Shown here: piece by piece, positions 9,564 through 19,475 of the stretch | Numbering within the stretch: position 1 is the first letter of the stretch | Layout: each line of letters begins with the position of its first letter | Source of the DNA: a virus | Length of the DNA: 64,000 nucleotides | Direction: 5' to 3' (one strand) | IMG/VR virus record: IMGVR_UViG_3300020203_000013 | Coordinates: 38,269 to 102,268 of that record | Position numbers and translations under genes: made by a program | Notes under the pieces: generated by a model | Told to the model about the DNA's origin: nothing | What the model saw: the letters and a program-made list of their open reading frames with translations, nothing else | Database searches by the model: none

Positions 9564-10300
9564 ATGTCGTCACCAGAAGTTATTGGTGGAACTGTCGGTG
9601 TAACCACTGAGGCTTGATTAGAAACTTGCCCCTGCTCCGCCACATTTATTCTTGGATCTGCATCATAGCCCGTATCAACGCTTGAGTCAACCTGGGTTGT
9701 AGATAGGTATAACTGAGTAATATGTTTACTACCAAGGCCTTTTAGGTATGCAGGCACTTCGACTTTATAAGTTACTCCGTCAATTATGAATGACTTAGCA
9801 TCTCTACAGATGGGGTAGTGCTTTTCATAAGTTTTAAGTCTGGTTATTTGCATTCCATCTCTTCCAGCAGGCAAGTCTTCGAATCCAGGACTGTCCACTC
9901 CCCTAGATAATTTGTTTTCAGTAACTACGGCTTTTATGCATATGCTATTTGGGGACGTTAGTACTCCCGCGCCCGCACATACTGGACAAACGGCGGTGTT
10001 TAATACTCTAGGATTGGGAATGCTAGGATTATACTGTACACCACTGGCCGTTACTACGTTAAATGGTTGGGGATAAACGGTTGAAGCAAATCCAGTTGTA
10101 GGAAATATAGTTACTGGTCTTAAAAAGTTACTATCCCAGTTATTAGTTGAAGAATTCTGAATGTTATCAAATAAACAGTTTGGGCATTTAACAGAGTAAG
10201 GCTCTAAGTTAACCTGAATCTTTCGACCCATTTTATCTATGTACTCATTAAATCCTACCTTAAATTCCTTTTTAAGGGAGGTAGGTATATTTAAAGACAT
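9557..10300 (-). CDS. Putative head closure protein with Zn-binding insertion
   Basis: CPNC...CPVC pairs; SFIIDGVTYKV beta-barrel motif; position after adaptor. Confidence 0.5.
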   Translation of the reverse strand: MSLNIPTSLKKEFKVGFNEYIDKMGRKIQVNLEPYSVKCPNCLFDNIQNSSTNNWDSNFLRPVTIFPTTGFASTVYPQPFNVVTASGVQYNPSIPNPRVLNTAVCPVCAGAGVLTSPNSICIKAVVTENKLSRGVDSPGFEDLPAGRDGMQITRLKTYEKHYPICRDAKSFIIDGVTYKVEVPAYLKGLGSKHITQLYLSTTQVDSSVDTGYDADPRINVAEQGQVSNQASVVTPTVPPITSGDDIW

Positions 10301-10302
10301 AA

Positions 10303-10932
10303 TTATTCTACCTTGTATACAGGTAGTGACATAATTTTACACTTCAATCTGACTTCAATAGATTCTTTAAGCTGTCCACTTATTAACTTCATTAAATCAA
10401 GTAAAGTATTTGGTCTCCTAGACGCATCGAATTTAGAATCTGAATCCTCTAGACTAACTGCTGCATTTATATAGTTTTGTAATTTTTTGCTCATCAAAAT
10501 GTAGGCAGTAGCTAATAGTAGTAACTCGGGGCCTAAATCAGTAAAAGTTAAACTGCACTGAGATGTTAAGTAAGTTAATGCAGAAGAGTCGTAGGTGTCT
10601 AGTATCTCTAAATCAGAGTTATCAAAGTGATCATAGATGATTACTAAGCTGGAGTTGAGTCCAATAGTTCCAGGTTGGAATCTTATGTACTTATACCCCA
10701 TTACTTGTGCTCCAGGAGATCCACTAATCTCTACCCCATCGACATATATTTCTTTAGGATAGCCTTTTGGCTCTTGGAGAGCGTATATAGTCCCACTGGC
10801 TGTTAAATTTCCACAGGCAGTTGCATTATCAAACGAGTCTATAAATATCTCTTTAGTATCAGATATTAACTGTCTTATACGGAATATTATTTCTTGTTCC
10901 TGAACCTGAAAGATTGCTTCTGGTATATACAT
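10303..10932 (-). CDS. Putative head-tail adaptor
   Basis: IIFRIRQLISD..SDLEIL..LLLLATAY..SLEDSD helical adaptor-like pattern; downstream of MCP. Confidence 0.5.
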   Translation of the reverse strand: MYIPEAIFQVQEQEIIFRIRQLISDTKEIFIDSFDNATACGNLTASGTIYALQEPKGYPKEIYVDGVEISGSPGAQVMGYKYIRFQPGTIGLNSSLVIIYDHFDNSDLEILDTYDSSALTYLTSQCSLTFTDLGPELLLLATAYILMSKKLQNYINAAVSLEDSDSKFDASRRPNTLLDLMKLISGQLKESIEVRLKCKIMSLPVYKVE

Positions 10933-10939
10933 ATATATA

Positions 10940-11377
10940 TTAAAGACCCAATACTCCTTTAAAATCTGTTGCTATTGCACCTGCGCCTGCTAAAGCTCCC
11001 GTAAGTACTAGAGCTATTACTTTTATTATAAACATCACGTTATTATCTACTTTTGAATTAAAGCTATTTAGTTGTGCTTGCATCTCTGTTTGTTTCTCTG
11101 CTGATTCGTCTTTTGCATCTCTAAAATCTGTTTTGAAGTCTTCAAGATTTTCTTGAACAAATTTAATACTGTATTTGAGTCCGTCTAGCTGATCTTGCAT
11201 TCTTGCCCTGTCATATTTTGACTCTAACACACTCTCTCTGGCTTGGTCATTTCTATTACTAGATTCTGTTAGAAGCTGGTGAGTGAGGGATCTCTGCTCA
11301 GTTACTATATCCGAAAGATGAATAATCTGTTCTTCTACTCTAGCTAATGATACTTTAAGATCGTCAGATTCGGCCAT
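10940..11377 (-). CDS. Coiled-coil protein with C-terminal TM (XhlA/holin-like)
   Basis: LARVEEQI N-terminus, coiled coil, C-terminal VIALVLTGALAGAGAIA. Confidence 0.5.
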   Translation of the reverse strand: MAESDDLKVSLARVEEQIIHLSDIVTEQRSLTHQLLTESSNRNDQARESVLESKYDRARMQDQLDGLKYSIKFVQENLEDFKTDFRDAKDESAEKQTEMQAQLNSFNSKVDNNVMFIIKVIALVLTGALAGAGAIATDFKGVLGL

Positions 11378-11414
11378 TTACAAATACCTACCTATGCCTT
11401 TTAGTTTAAACTAT

Positions 11415-12113
11415 TTAAAAGTAGTTTAAATTTGTTCTGGCCCATCCTTGAGCTGTTTTTATATATAAAAAACTGTCATCCCATCTAAACTCTCCGATAG
11501 TACCAACTGCCCCTGAAGTAGCAGGAGGTAATCCTGGTGGTAAAACTACTGAACCACTTACGGTAAGTCTATTTTGTATAGAAACATTAACTCCATCTGA
11601 CCGAAGTCCAGTATTTGGAGCATAACTTGTTCCGTTATAGTAGACGGTATCTGTAAAAATACCAGACCCAGTTATACTTCCGGTTATTCCTGAGATAGTA
11701 GATAGAAACTCATTTACAGAATCAACAGCATCTGCTATAGACCCGCTAGGGTTAATAGTGGCTGCACCATCGACATAACTTCCATCCGTAGGGAGTCCTA
11801 TAATTCCAGCCCCGCCTAAACCACCTGTGATTGTTGCGGACCCTGAAGGTGCATATACTAACCACCTGTTATTTGCAGGATCACTGACCTCTAAACACAG
11901 AGTATCCTTATTTAAGATTACTATTCCAGGGGGAACATCTATTAGATTGGGTTTATCTAGTTCAGGAAACTCTTGAATTAAACCAATAGACTCTTTAGAT
12001 GTTCCAGTTTGAGCATAAGCGAATCCTCGATCTGAAAATTTAACGTCTGAGGTTTGTTTTACTGAAGATTTTCTTTTTTTTCTAGTAGTATTGTTAGGAC
12101 TTTGTTCTGACAT
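11415..12113 (-). CDS. Virion fiber/decoration-like protein
   Basis: Gly/Ser-rich; ends in GTIGEFRWDDSFLYIKTAQGWART, a typical fiber trimer motif. Confidence 0.55.
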   Translation of the reverse strand: MSEQSPNNTTRKKRKSSVKQTSDVKFSDRGFAYAQTGTSKESIGLIQEFPELDKPNLIDVPPGIVILNKDTLCLEVSDPANNRWLVYAPSGSATITGGLGGAGIIGLPTDGSYVDGAATINPSGSIADAVDSVNEFLSTISGITGSITGSGIFTDTVYYNGTSYAPNTGLRSDGVNVSIQNRLTVSGSVVLPPGLPPATSGAVGTIGEFRWDDSFLYIKTAQGWARTNLNYF

Positions 12114-12193
12114 TAATCTAAGGCCTTTTCGTTGTTTAATAGTTCATAGTATCTATAGTATATTCAGTCTTTTTTGATTACCCAAAGTCTAAT

Positions 12194-12220
12194 AAAAAAG
12201 CCCCGACAAGCGGGGCTTTT
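12194..12220 (-). terminator. Rho-independent terminator after MCP
   Basis: AAAAAAGCCCCG-ACAAG-CGGGGCTTTT. Confidence 0.85.
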
Positions 12221-12245
12221 AAATAACTTAGTAAACTAAATTATA

Positions 12246-13325
12246 TTATAGTGAGCGGTCGATAATACCCATAACGATCATTCGTGTATCAAGTACTGCC
12301 ATTCCAATTTCTTCCCAACCATAGAAACCTTGTTTCTGTGATCTGTGAAGAGCTGGATCTTCAAACAATTCTAAGTCAGCTCTAATAGGCATAACAAGTG
12401 AGTCATTAGCTGTTAGATCAAAACCATAGATTTGTGTTTCTCCTGCTGTAGTTACAAACCCGTCTGAATTTACTACGTTAGCATTACTAGGTGTATAGTC
12501 GTTGAACGATCCACCTGTTCCTACTTTGAATAGACCGAACTGAGATGAGTTCGAGTTGATGTTGTACTTTCCAGCTGCACCTAGATTGTGCAATGGATGA
12601 AGTTTAACACCATAGATTTCAGAAGTTCCACCACTTACATAGATTTCTCTACGTGTGACGTTATCTACTTGGGATTCTCCCCACTCTCTTACATCAGCTA
12701 GATCTTCTGGTGATAAATAAACATCAGTCAGAGTTCTTCGTTGACGTTCCATCTTAACAATCATTTGATTAAGGAGTTCTTTACTGAAAAATCCAGCAGA
12801 AGGACCACCATTAATTTCTACGATTGGAGCTGGACGTGGGCCCAAAAGGGCTTTACCCGCAAATGCAGAAGTAGCCGCTGGAGCCAAAAGTCTCCAAGCT
12901 GATTCTTCTTCATAGTCAATGATCGCACGAGCAGCGTTTCTCATAGCTCTCTGTGCAATATCGATTCTTCCGTCTCTTGCATACTGCAAAGACCAGTCAA
13001 ATGCTGTTCCGATTTTAAATGTCGGTACAAACACTTCTTCACCTGGAGCTTCGATGTAGTTCTGAGGAACTTGACCTAGCTTAGGTAGAATAAATACTGG
13101 AGCTTCAAAGTCATCTGCAATTGGATAAGAAGCTTGAGCACCAGGCTCAAGGTTCTGAGTTGCAAACAACTGTCTTGCAACAGATTGATCACGTACTTTC
13201 TGTAGGATAGGTACAGTGATTGCTTGTGCAACCGCTTTTTGTACTTCGGGTGACTGAACGGCACCTTCGGAAGCAGTTGCTTTTAGGAGTTCTTTTAACT
13301 CTTCTTTAATAACTATTTCATTCAT
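12246..13325 (-). CDS. Major capsid protein (HK97 fold)
   Basis: Start reassigned to ATG 13325 (MNEIVIKEEL) with GGAGG SD; 359 aa; follows scaffold and decoration genes; strong terminator; FYGWEEIGMAVLD-type C-terminus. Confidence 0.85.
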   Translation of the reverse strand: MNEIVIKEELKELLKATASEGAVQSPEVQKAVAQAITVPILQKVRDQSVARQLFATQNLEPGAQASYPIADDFEAPVFILPKLGQVPQNYIEAPGEEVFVPTFKIGTAFDWSLQYARDGRIDIAQRAMRNAARAIIDYEEESAWRLLAPAATSAFAGKALLGPRPAPIVEINGGPSAGFFSKELLNQMIVKMERQRRTLTDVYLSPEDLADVREWGESQVDNVTRREIYVSGGTSEIYGVKLHPLHNLGAAGKYNINSNSSQFGLFKVGTGGSFNDYTPSNANVVNSDGFVTTAGETQIYGFDLTANDSLVMPIRADLELFEDPALHRSQKQGFYGWEEIGMAVLDTRMIVMGIIDRSL

Positions 13326-13345
13326 ATTAATATATCGCCTCCGTA

Positions 13346-13831
13346 TTATAGTGCCAACTTGATAACTAGATTCTCGCCTGCTGCTGCTTGTGCCGCACTC
13401 AAAGAATTTTGAGCAATGGCGCAAACTTTAGGTACTCCACCTTCAAGAGCGCCTGAAGCAGATACGTTAGTAAGTCTGCCTTGAGTTGCACTTGCATAAA
13501 GTGGGGCACCGGCTGCTAGCGAACCTGATACCAAATAGTGTGTTGTTTCAAAAATTCCACCGGATTGGAAACATAAAACTGGGTCACCTACGTGAGCGTC
13601 AGAGTTTCCGATCTCTCCTGGAAATTGAAAGTTTTGTGGAAGACCTGCGGCTTGTGCCTTAACTCTCTGAGCAAGTAGAGCATAAGGTGCTCCACCTGAG
13701 ATGCTAGTAATAGCAGCTAATTTATTTTCTCCTGAAAGTCTTACGATAGCACCTGCCTCGGCAGTTCCACTGTTCTCGTCATGACGACAGAGAGCATTTT
13801 CTTGTACGATGTGTCTTGGGGTTAAAGCCAT
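13346..13831 (-). CDS. Capsid decoration/cement protein
   Basis: 161 aa Ala/Gly-rich, GIFETT...AGAPLYAS..GRLT motif, between scaffold and MCP. Confidence 0.7.
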   Translation of the reverse strand: MALTPRHIVQENALCRHDENSGTAEAGAIVRLSGENKLAAITSISGGAPYALLAQRVKAQAAGLPQNFQFPGEIGNSDAHVGDPVLCFQSGGIFETTHYLVSGSLAAGAPLYASATQGRLTNVSASGALEGGVPKVCAIAQNSLSAAQAAAGENLVIKLAL

Positions 13832-13837
13832 AGCTTA

Positions 13838-14578
13838 TTATAACCATCCTTTATTTTTGCTATCTTGTTTTAATTCGGCAGACATAATCTTTTTAAAACC
13901 CTCGGTCATGCGTAGAACGTCTGACTTTGAGTTTACGGTAGATGCTGCCTCTTTAGAAGACATTTCTGTCTTCTCTTCTGTCTCAGCAGCCGCTGGTTTA
14001 GCTAAACTTTCTAGTACTTTTGATACTAGATTATCTTCGCTAACAGATATACTCTCTGATGCTACAACTTCTTCTGCCTTAACTGCATCTGTAGCTTCTA
14101 CGTTCTCTTGAACTACTTCTACTGGTTTAGTAAAAGAATTGACTGTTTGAATTTTTACATCAAGTAAATCTTCTAAGTAGGAAGTAAAATCTTCCTCAGT
14201 CATAGCTCTTACCTTTTCAGCTTGTTTAATTCGAGAACTTTCTTCTGTCTTAAGAAGGCCTTCGCCCTCTAGTTTAGAAATTCTTTCTCTCAGCATTGCT
14301 TCTTCTTTCATCTGATTAATCTCAGATTGTGCTAACTCACGTGCTTTTTCGGCATCTGCAAGTTTGGTGTTCAAAGACTCATTCTCTGAACGAAGTGCTG
14401 CTAGTTCCTCTTGAAAGGCTTTTTCCTGCTCAAGTGCTACAGTATGTAGATCTTCAACTTCAGCAGCGCGATCTAGGATTGCGGCCTTTAGTTGTTCAAC
14501 TTGTGCTGCGGTTTCACTAAGGTTATCCTTAGTCATGCCCTCAGGGGTAATCTTATCTTCGTTATTAGTTTCACTCAT
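13838..14578 (-). CDS. Capsid scaffolding protein
   Basis: Acidic long coiled coil, GGAGG SD, upstream of decoration/MCP. Confidence 0.7.
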   Translation of the reverse strand: MSETNNEDKITPEGMTKDNLSETAAQVEQLKAAILDRAAEVEDLHTVALEQEKAFQEELAALRSENESLNTKLADAEKARELAQSEINQMKEEAMLRERISKLEGEGLLKTEESSRIKQAEKVRAMTEEDFTSYLEDLLDVKIQTVNSFTKPVEVVQENVEATDAVKAEEVVASESISVSEDNLVSKVLESLAKPAAAETEEKTEMSSKEAASTVNSKSDVLRMTEGFKKIMSAELKQDSKNKGWL

Positions 14579-14615
14579 TAAAAGAAACCTCCTAGTCGTC
14601 TATCGCAAAAAGTAT

Positions 14616-14939
14616 TTATAAATACTGACCGTATTTAGTCTTAAATCCCATAGTACATATTTTAAATTTATCAGCATGGGATAGTATTTTATAGAATGCT
14701 TCCTTTTTTTCGTCTTCTGAGCAGGAGGCAACATTTCCAAAATGGTTTAATGCTGATAGAATCTGTCTGTCACTTTCTAGAGGTAGTTTCCTCAGTCTGG
14801 CAAAGGCATAGGTTTGATTTGGGCTTAAGTTCTTACTTTTATTGGGCTTATTAGGTTTATTAGATTTAAAGCCTGTTAGCTTACTCTGCATTACTTGGTC
14901 TTGTAATTCAATAGGAAATAGGTCAAAAAGTTTGGTCAT
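14616..14939 (-). CDS. DUF6582-like small protein
   Basis: RLRKLPL..QILSALNHF..EKKEAFYKIL..ADKFKI matches the repeats at the end of the upstream protease. Confidence 0.55.
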   Translation of the reverse strand: MTKLFDLFPIELQDQVMQSKLTGFKSNKPNKPNKSKNLSPNQTYAFARLRKLPLESDRQILSALNHFGNVASCSEDEKKEAFYKILSHADKFKICTMGFKTKYGQYL

Positions 14940-14951
14940 TTTTAGGAATCT

Positions 14952-17060
14952 TTAATTGGAGGGTCTAGCTTTAGTCCTGAACGAGCTGGTATCGATATGG
15001 AATTTACCTGCTGCCCTGAGAATGCTTGCTATCAAGTGGGCCTTCTCGTGATCTGTAATTTCGGATTTTAGAAAAGAGTATCTACTCATTGCAGCTAATA
15101 CTTGTTCTTTGCTGTTTAAAGGGAACTGCTTTAACCTAGGTATTCCGTAATCTTCGGAAAACTCTAATCCAGGTTTAATGGAGAATCCTAAAGACTTTCC
15201 TTGCTTTTCGAAGTCCTCTGTGGAGACTCCTAGGCTATCAGATGCCAGTAAGATGTTCTTGTAGAGTTCCTTTTGTTCTTTAATTTTTAGAGTCTTAGTA
15301 GCTCCAACAAACATCTGCATAGTAGAAGCTACTGACTCTTTAGAGTGGATTGGAAATTTTCTAGATTCTGGTAATCCAAAGTCTTTATTTGATAGAGATT
15401 TCCTAGCTTCAAAGCTAATTGAAGCTACTTGTATAGGAAACTGTTTAGCAGGATCAGTAATAACTAATCCTTTTTTAGATTTAAATAATACACCTTGAGG
15501 TATAAACTCACTATCTGTGATTAAAACTCCTGGAGTATTTAAATCATCCTTAATCTTATTAGCTGCTGGACCTTGTTTTATTTTAGAAGGTAAGGGTTGA
15601 GAATCAACGCTTGGCTTGTTGTTTAATATTTGTTGTTCTGTGTCAGTACTTGGTAACTCATCTGAGCTTAATAGTTCTGTATCTCTTAAGTCTACTCTAG
15701 GGTTATAAGGTGCCGGACGAATTGCATTTCCATGAAGATTATCATCTTTAACTAGTCTGGAGTATTTATTCCTTAAACATGAGGAGTCATGTGCATCAGC
15801 GCCCAAAACTGGGCAAGACTTGTTAAATAGTTTACACCAATGTGTAGCAACTATCCTTCCAGGATTTGGATTATTAGGGTACTGTGTTACATATTTTTCA
15901 AAGCTTATACATATTCCAGCTGACTGCTCTGCTGGTCCGTATTTAGCGGCTAGGAATGATTTTTCTTTATTAGCTAATCCAAAAGAGTGAACCTCTAATA
16001 CATCGCCTTTATCGTCTGTTGAGTAGAGCACAGCATCACTAGATTGGTTAATTGGAGTAATTGATTTAGGTGTGAAAATGCTATTCGCTGCTACAATTAG
16101 GAACTTAGAACTCTTATTTTGTGCGGAGAGTTTTATTGCTTCCTTGGAGACCGTGTTATAGTTAGAGTCAAAAACACCATCTACTAACTTCGATTCTCCT
16201 GACTCGGAAACTTCTAGTAGGTAATAACCTGCTGCTTCAATCTGAACTACTTCATTTTTAATTGGGTTTGGAATTTGAGTAAAGCCTTCTGGATTCTCTG
16301 TTACACTGGCAGTTGCTTGGTCTAACGATTCCATTGTTTTTTCTAGATTCATGGAAGCAGCTTCGACAATGATTGATCTTTCGTTAGCTGGATTTTTTAC
16401 AATCCCTACGCCACAGAATCTAATATCTTTTAATACTCTTGACACTTGGCTTGTTCCTATGGATTTTCCCGATAGAACTAAGCTTAAGTCTGTTTCCTCA
16501 GCTTTGCTAAGTTTTACTAATTTTTTAGCTACCAGTTGTTTTGGAATTACTACACTTCCTATTTTAAGATCATAGTCCTCATAGTAGCACTCCATTGAAA
16601 CTTTCCATTCGCCTTTTTCAATTTCGGCGGCTAGGTCTGGAAATCGGTCTTTATAAATAACAGACACAATTCCTATGTCCATACTCATATCGTCTAGTGT
16701 TTTTGCTACTTCTGAGGCATTTTCAGAATTCGATAGCTCTTTATATAAATCTTCATCGTCTATGACATTACCTGACCAGTCCATATACATGGCTGAAGCT
16801 ATGTGTCCGATAATTTCTTGTTCTTTATGTTCTAGGTTAACAGCTTTTTGAGATATACTATCTCTAGCTTTAATTAACTCTGACCCTATAAACGTGGCCC
16901 CGTTTTTATTAGTCCCTGTTGATACTAAAATAGCAGACATGAATAAAAGATCTGCTTGATCATTTTCCGGTAGGGATAGTTTACTAGCCATTGCCTTGGC
17001 TTGTGCAGGCTTAAGCCTTCTTAGAACTAATGGGGCTTCTAGTAATATCTTATGTTTCAT
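14952..17060 (-). CDS. Prohead protease-like protein with Cys-rich domain and two C-terminal DUF6582-like repeats
   Basis: NKNGATF, VNLEH..IIGHI, KVSMEC, FCGVGIVKNPA motifs; between portal and scaffold. Confidence 0.7.
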   Translation of the reverse strand: MKHKILLEAPLVLRRLKPAQAKAMASKLSLPENDQADLLFMSAILVSTGTNKNGATFIGSELIKARDSISQKAVNLEHKEQEIIGHIASAMYMDWSGNVIDDEDLYKELSNSENASEVAKTLDDMSMDIGIVSVIYKDRFPDLAAEIEKGEWKVSMECYYEDYDLKIGSVVIPKQLVAKKLVKLSKAEETDLSLVLSGKSIGTSQVSRVLKDIRFCGVGIVKNPANERSIIVEAASMNLEKTMESLDQATASVTENPEGFTQIPNPIKNEVVQIEAAGYYLLEVSESGESKLVDGVFDSNYNTVSKEAIKLSAQNKSSKFLIVAANSIFTPKSITPINQSSDAVLYSTDDKGDVLEVHSFGLANKEKSFLAAKYGPAEQSAGICISFEKYVTQYPNNPNPGRIVATHWCKLFNKSCPVLGADAHDSSCLRNKYSRLVKDDNLHGNAIRPAPYNPRVDLRDTELLSSDELPSTDTEQQILNNKPSVDSQPLPSKIKQGPAANKIKDDLNTPGVLITDSEFIPQGVLFKSKKGLVITDPAKQFPIQVASISFEARKSLSNKDFGLPESRKFPIHSKESVASTMQMFVGATKTLKIKEQKELYKNILLASDSLGVSTEDFEKQGKSLGFSIKPGLEFSEDYGIPRLKQFPLNSKEQVLAAMSRYSFLKSEITDHEKAHLIASILRAAGKFHIDTSSFRTKARPSN

Positions 17061-17335
17061 TATTTACTTGCTTTAGCTTTATCTATACTAGCAAATACTT
17101 GAACTTTTATATCTTCTATAACTTGATACATTTTATCTAAGTCCCTGTATGCTTGGGCTATTTCATTATTTATACTCATTTGGTGCTCTAAAAGCATATT
17201 AATTGAATCACTTCCGAGTGGTGGCAAATATACTCGATCCATATCATTGGCGAGCGCAGCGGCAACGGAGTTAAATATTACATGCATTGCCTGCAACTGT
17301 TGGTTTAATTTATAGATTTCATCACTCAGAGCCAT
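17060..17335 (-). CDS. Hypothetical coiled-coil protein
   Basis: 91-aa ORF coupled to protease gene. Confidence 0.55.
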   Translation of the reverse strand: MALSDEIYKLNQQLQAMHVIFNSVAAALANDMDRVYLPPLGSDSINMLLEHQMSINNEIAQAYRDLDKMYQVIEDIKVQVFASIDKAKASK

Positions 17336-17357
17336 ATAACTTAAATAAAGTACAATA

Positions 17358-19475
17358 CTAATCTAAAATCTCATCTAAAGTCGATTTAGAGATATCTACT
17401 TCTGTTCCTTCTTCTATTGTACTTTTGTCTGCTTTTATAGACAATCTTTCTTTTAATTCTGTTAGGGAGACTGGATCTAGAGATCTTAAGATGTCAATTA
17501 ACTCGTCTACTCCAAGGCTAGCCTTACTAGGCGCTTTAACTTTAGTGGTGTCCTTCACTACCTTGACTGAATCTATTGGTTTTTGGGCTAGAGGGGGTTG
17601 TCCTACCGGCCTTCCAGAGTCTCCCGAAGGAGATGTTGCTACTTGATTGTAAGGGCTTCCTGCTCTTAAAACGTCTTCTTGGATGAGAGGAAGTTCTTCT
17701 CTTAATCTTTGCAACTCTGTATCATAATCGAAGTCCATCTCTCTCATGTACGATTGCACCGATATTGCCTTTCTATCTAGCATCTGCATAAAGGAGGCAC
17801 GAGTAACTGCGTCACTGTCTGTACTAATCACTGATTCTTTCCATCTTACGACTGGATAAGAGTTAAATCCTGCCAGCTTAGCAAGCTCTCTGTACTGACT
17901 GTAAACCCAATCTTCTACTTTAATTCTTGCTGCTGTTATTTCACTCTTTAAGCTTTTAGTAACTAATACCCCGCCATCTCCAGATAAACCCTTGCCGTCA
18001 ATTAAGACCCTAGAAAACCCTAGAGAGTTTGTAATTTCATCATCTACTGGCTCGTACTTAGCTTTACCTAGTATTTCTCCAACATCTCCAGCTGAAGTTA
18101 TCTTTTCAATCTTAAGAGTGTCGTTCCAAACTACTGTAAACGCTTTTTGAGGGGTGTTAAAAGCTTCAGCTAAATCTGCTAATACCTTTTCATCCTGAAT
18201 AGGTCTCTCCGCGTCTCCGACAGTTACTTTTAAAATATAATTGGTAATGCCATCAATAGTGGCATAATCTGCTTTCTTAAGCTCATCCCTATAATCAAAA
18301 GCGTCAAACGCTCTTGAAGCTCTGGGCTTGGCATATACATCAGAGTCTCTCTTCCTCAAAAAGATTACAGAAACTTCTTCGTCTTTAAAGGTGTACTCTT
18401 GGTTGCTCTGAGCTGCTGTTTTCATTCCAGACGGTATATTAGTTAAAGAATCTTTTACTGACTTAGATACTTTACTAGGATCTGATTTAATCTTCTCTAA
18501 TATCTTTTTAAGAGGTAGGAGGCCTTTTTTAGTTATGGTAAGGCTTGTTCCACCAAAAAATCCTGAGGAATCTAACCTAATCTCTTCAGGAGGCAGTAGC
18601 GTATAGGCTATAGGATAGCCACCTGCTGCGGCAGTTTCAGAGGTAAGAGACTTATATTTGGTAGAAAATTTACTATAGTCTAGGTCTTTCCCTAATTCGG
18701 CCCTAATTCTCTCTTTAATTAGATGGGCTAATTGAGCTTTTTTACCCGCCTTAGTATTTGAGGGGGCTCTTCCTGGTATGGATGATATTCCATCTGGATG
18801 GGCCTCATATGGGCCTTTAGCGTTTAAGATATAACAAACGGAGTATTTAAATAGATCATTAAAAATTTTACTAACTACTCCAGTAAATCCAGTATCACGA
18901 GTCCAAGCATCATAAAACTCTTTAACTTCCTGATCATTGATTTCATTATAAAACCCTGTAGCTGAGAAGTTAGATAGAACATCTATTTGAGTTCCATATA
19001 TTCCTGTCCTGTAATACTCTTCATTAGATCTAGTATATAATTTTAAGGCTGCAAGTTCATCTGAAGGCTTTCCTCTTAAATCTAAATAAGAACTATCTAG
19101 TGCATCTCTATACTGAGTGTTTAGTTTGGCTGTTTCAATTCCTTTAGTACTAGTCTCCACTCTAGCTTTTTCTCTAAGAGCTTCTAGTTTTTCATTTAAA
19201 TTAAAAAGTTCTTTTTCAGCCTGTAGCTTACCCATCAAGGTATTGGAGTTATTAATAGGTTTAATTCTGGAGCGGAAAGTTTCTTTCTGATCTGTGGGAA
19301 AGAAGAGCGCGTCGATAGTTTCTTCACTCGTTTGAACGGTTAGCTCATACTTTCCATCTTTCGTCTTAGTAGCCTCAAGGAATTTGGCGTTACCTTTGGT
19401 AATCCGACTGTTTAGCTGATCTACTAGCTCTGGGGCTGGTCCTGCGGGCTTATTAATATCTTTTCTTCTTGCCAT
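17358..19475 (-). CDS. Portal protein
   Basis: 705 aa immediately downstream of TerL; ITNYILKVTVG, ITNSLGFSRVLIDG, AISVQSYMREMDFDYDTELQR portal-like pattern. Confidence 0.8.
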   Translation of the reverse strand: MARRKDINKPAGPAPELVDQLNSRITKGNAKFLEATKTKDGKYELTVQTSEETIDALFFPTDQKETFRSRIKPINNSNTLMGKLQAEKELFNLNEKLEALREKARVETSTKGIETAKLNTQYRDALDSSYLDLRGKPSDELAALKLYTRSNEEYYRTGIYGTQIDVLSNFSATGFYNEINDQEVKEFYDAWTRDTGFTGVVSKIFNDLFKYSVCYILNAKGPYEAHPDGISSIPGRAPSNTKAGKKAQLAHLIKERIRAELGKDLDYSKFSTKYKSLTSETAAAGGYPIAYTLLPPEEIRLDSSGFFGGTSLTITKKGLLPLKKILEKIKSDPSKVSKSVKDSLTNIPSGMKTAAQSNQEYTFKDEEVSVIFLRKRDSDVYAKPRASRAFDAFDYRDELKKADYATIDGITNYILKVTVGDAERPIQDEKVLADLAEAFNTPQKAFTVVWNDTLKIEKITSAGDVGEILGKAKYEPVDDEITNSLGFSRVLIDGKGLSGDGGVLVTKSLKSEITAARIKVEDWVYSQYRELAKLAGFNSYPVVRWKESVISTDSDAVTRASFMQMLDRKAISVQSYMREMDFDYDTELQRLREELPLIQEDVLRAGSPYNQVATSPSGDSGRPVGQPPLAQKPIDSVKVVKDTTKVKAPSKASLGVDELIDILRSLDPVSLTELKERLSIKADKSTIEEGTEVDISKSTLDEILD

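Noticed and set aside
13326-13424. 33-aa N-terminal extension of MCP given in the ORF track
   Set aside because: It overlaps the decoration gene, and the GGAGG SD supports ATG 13325
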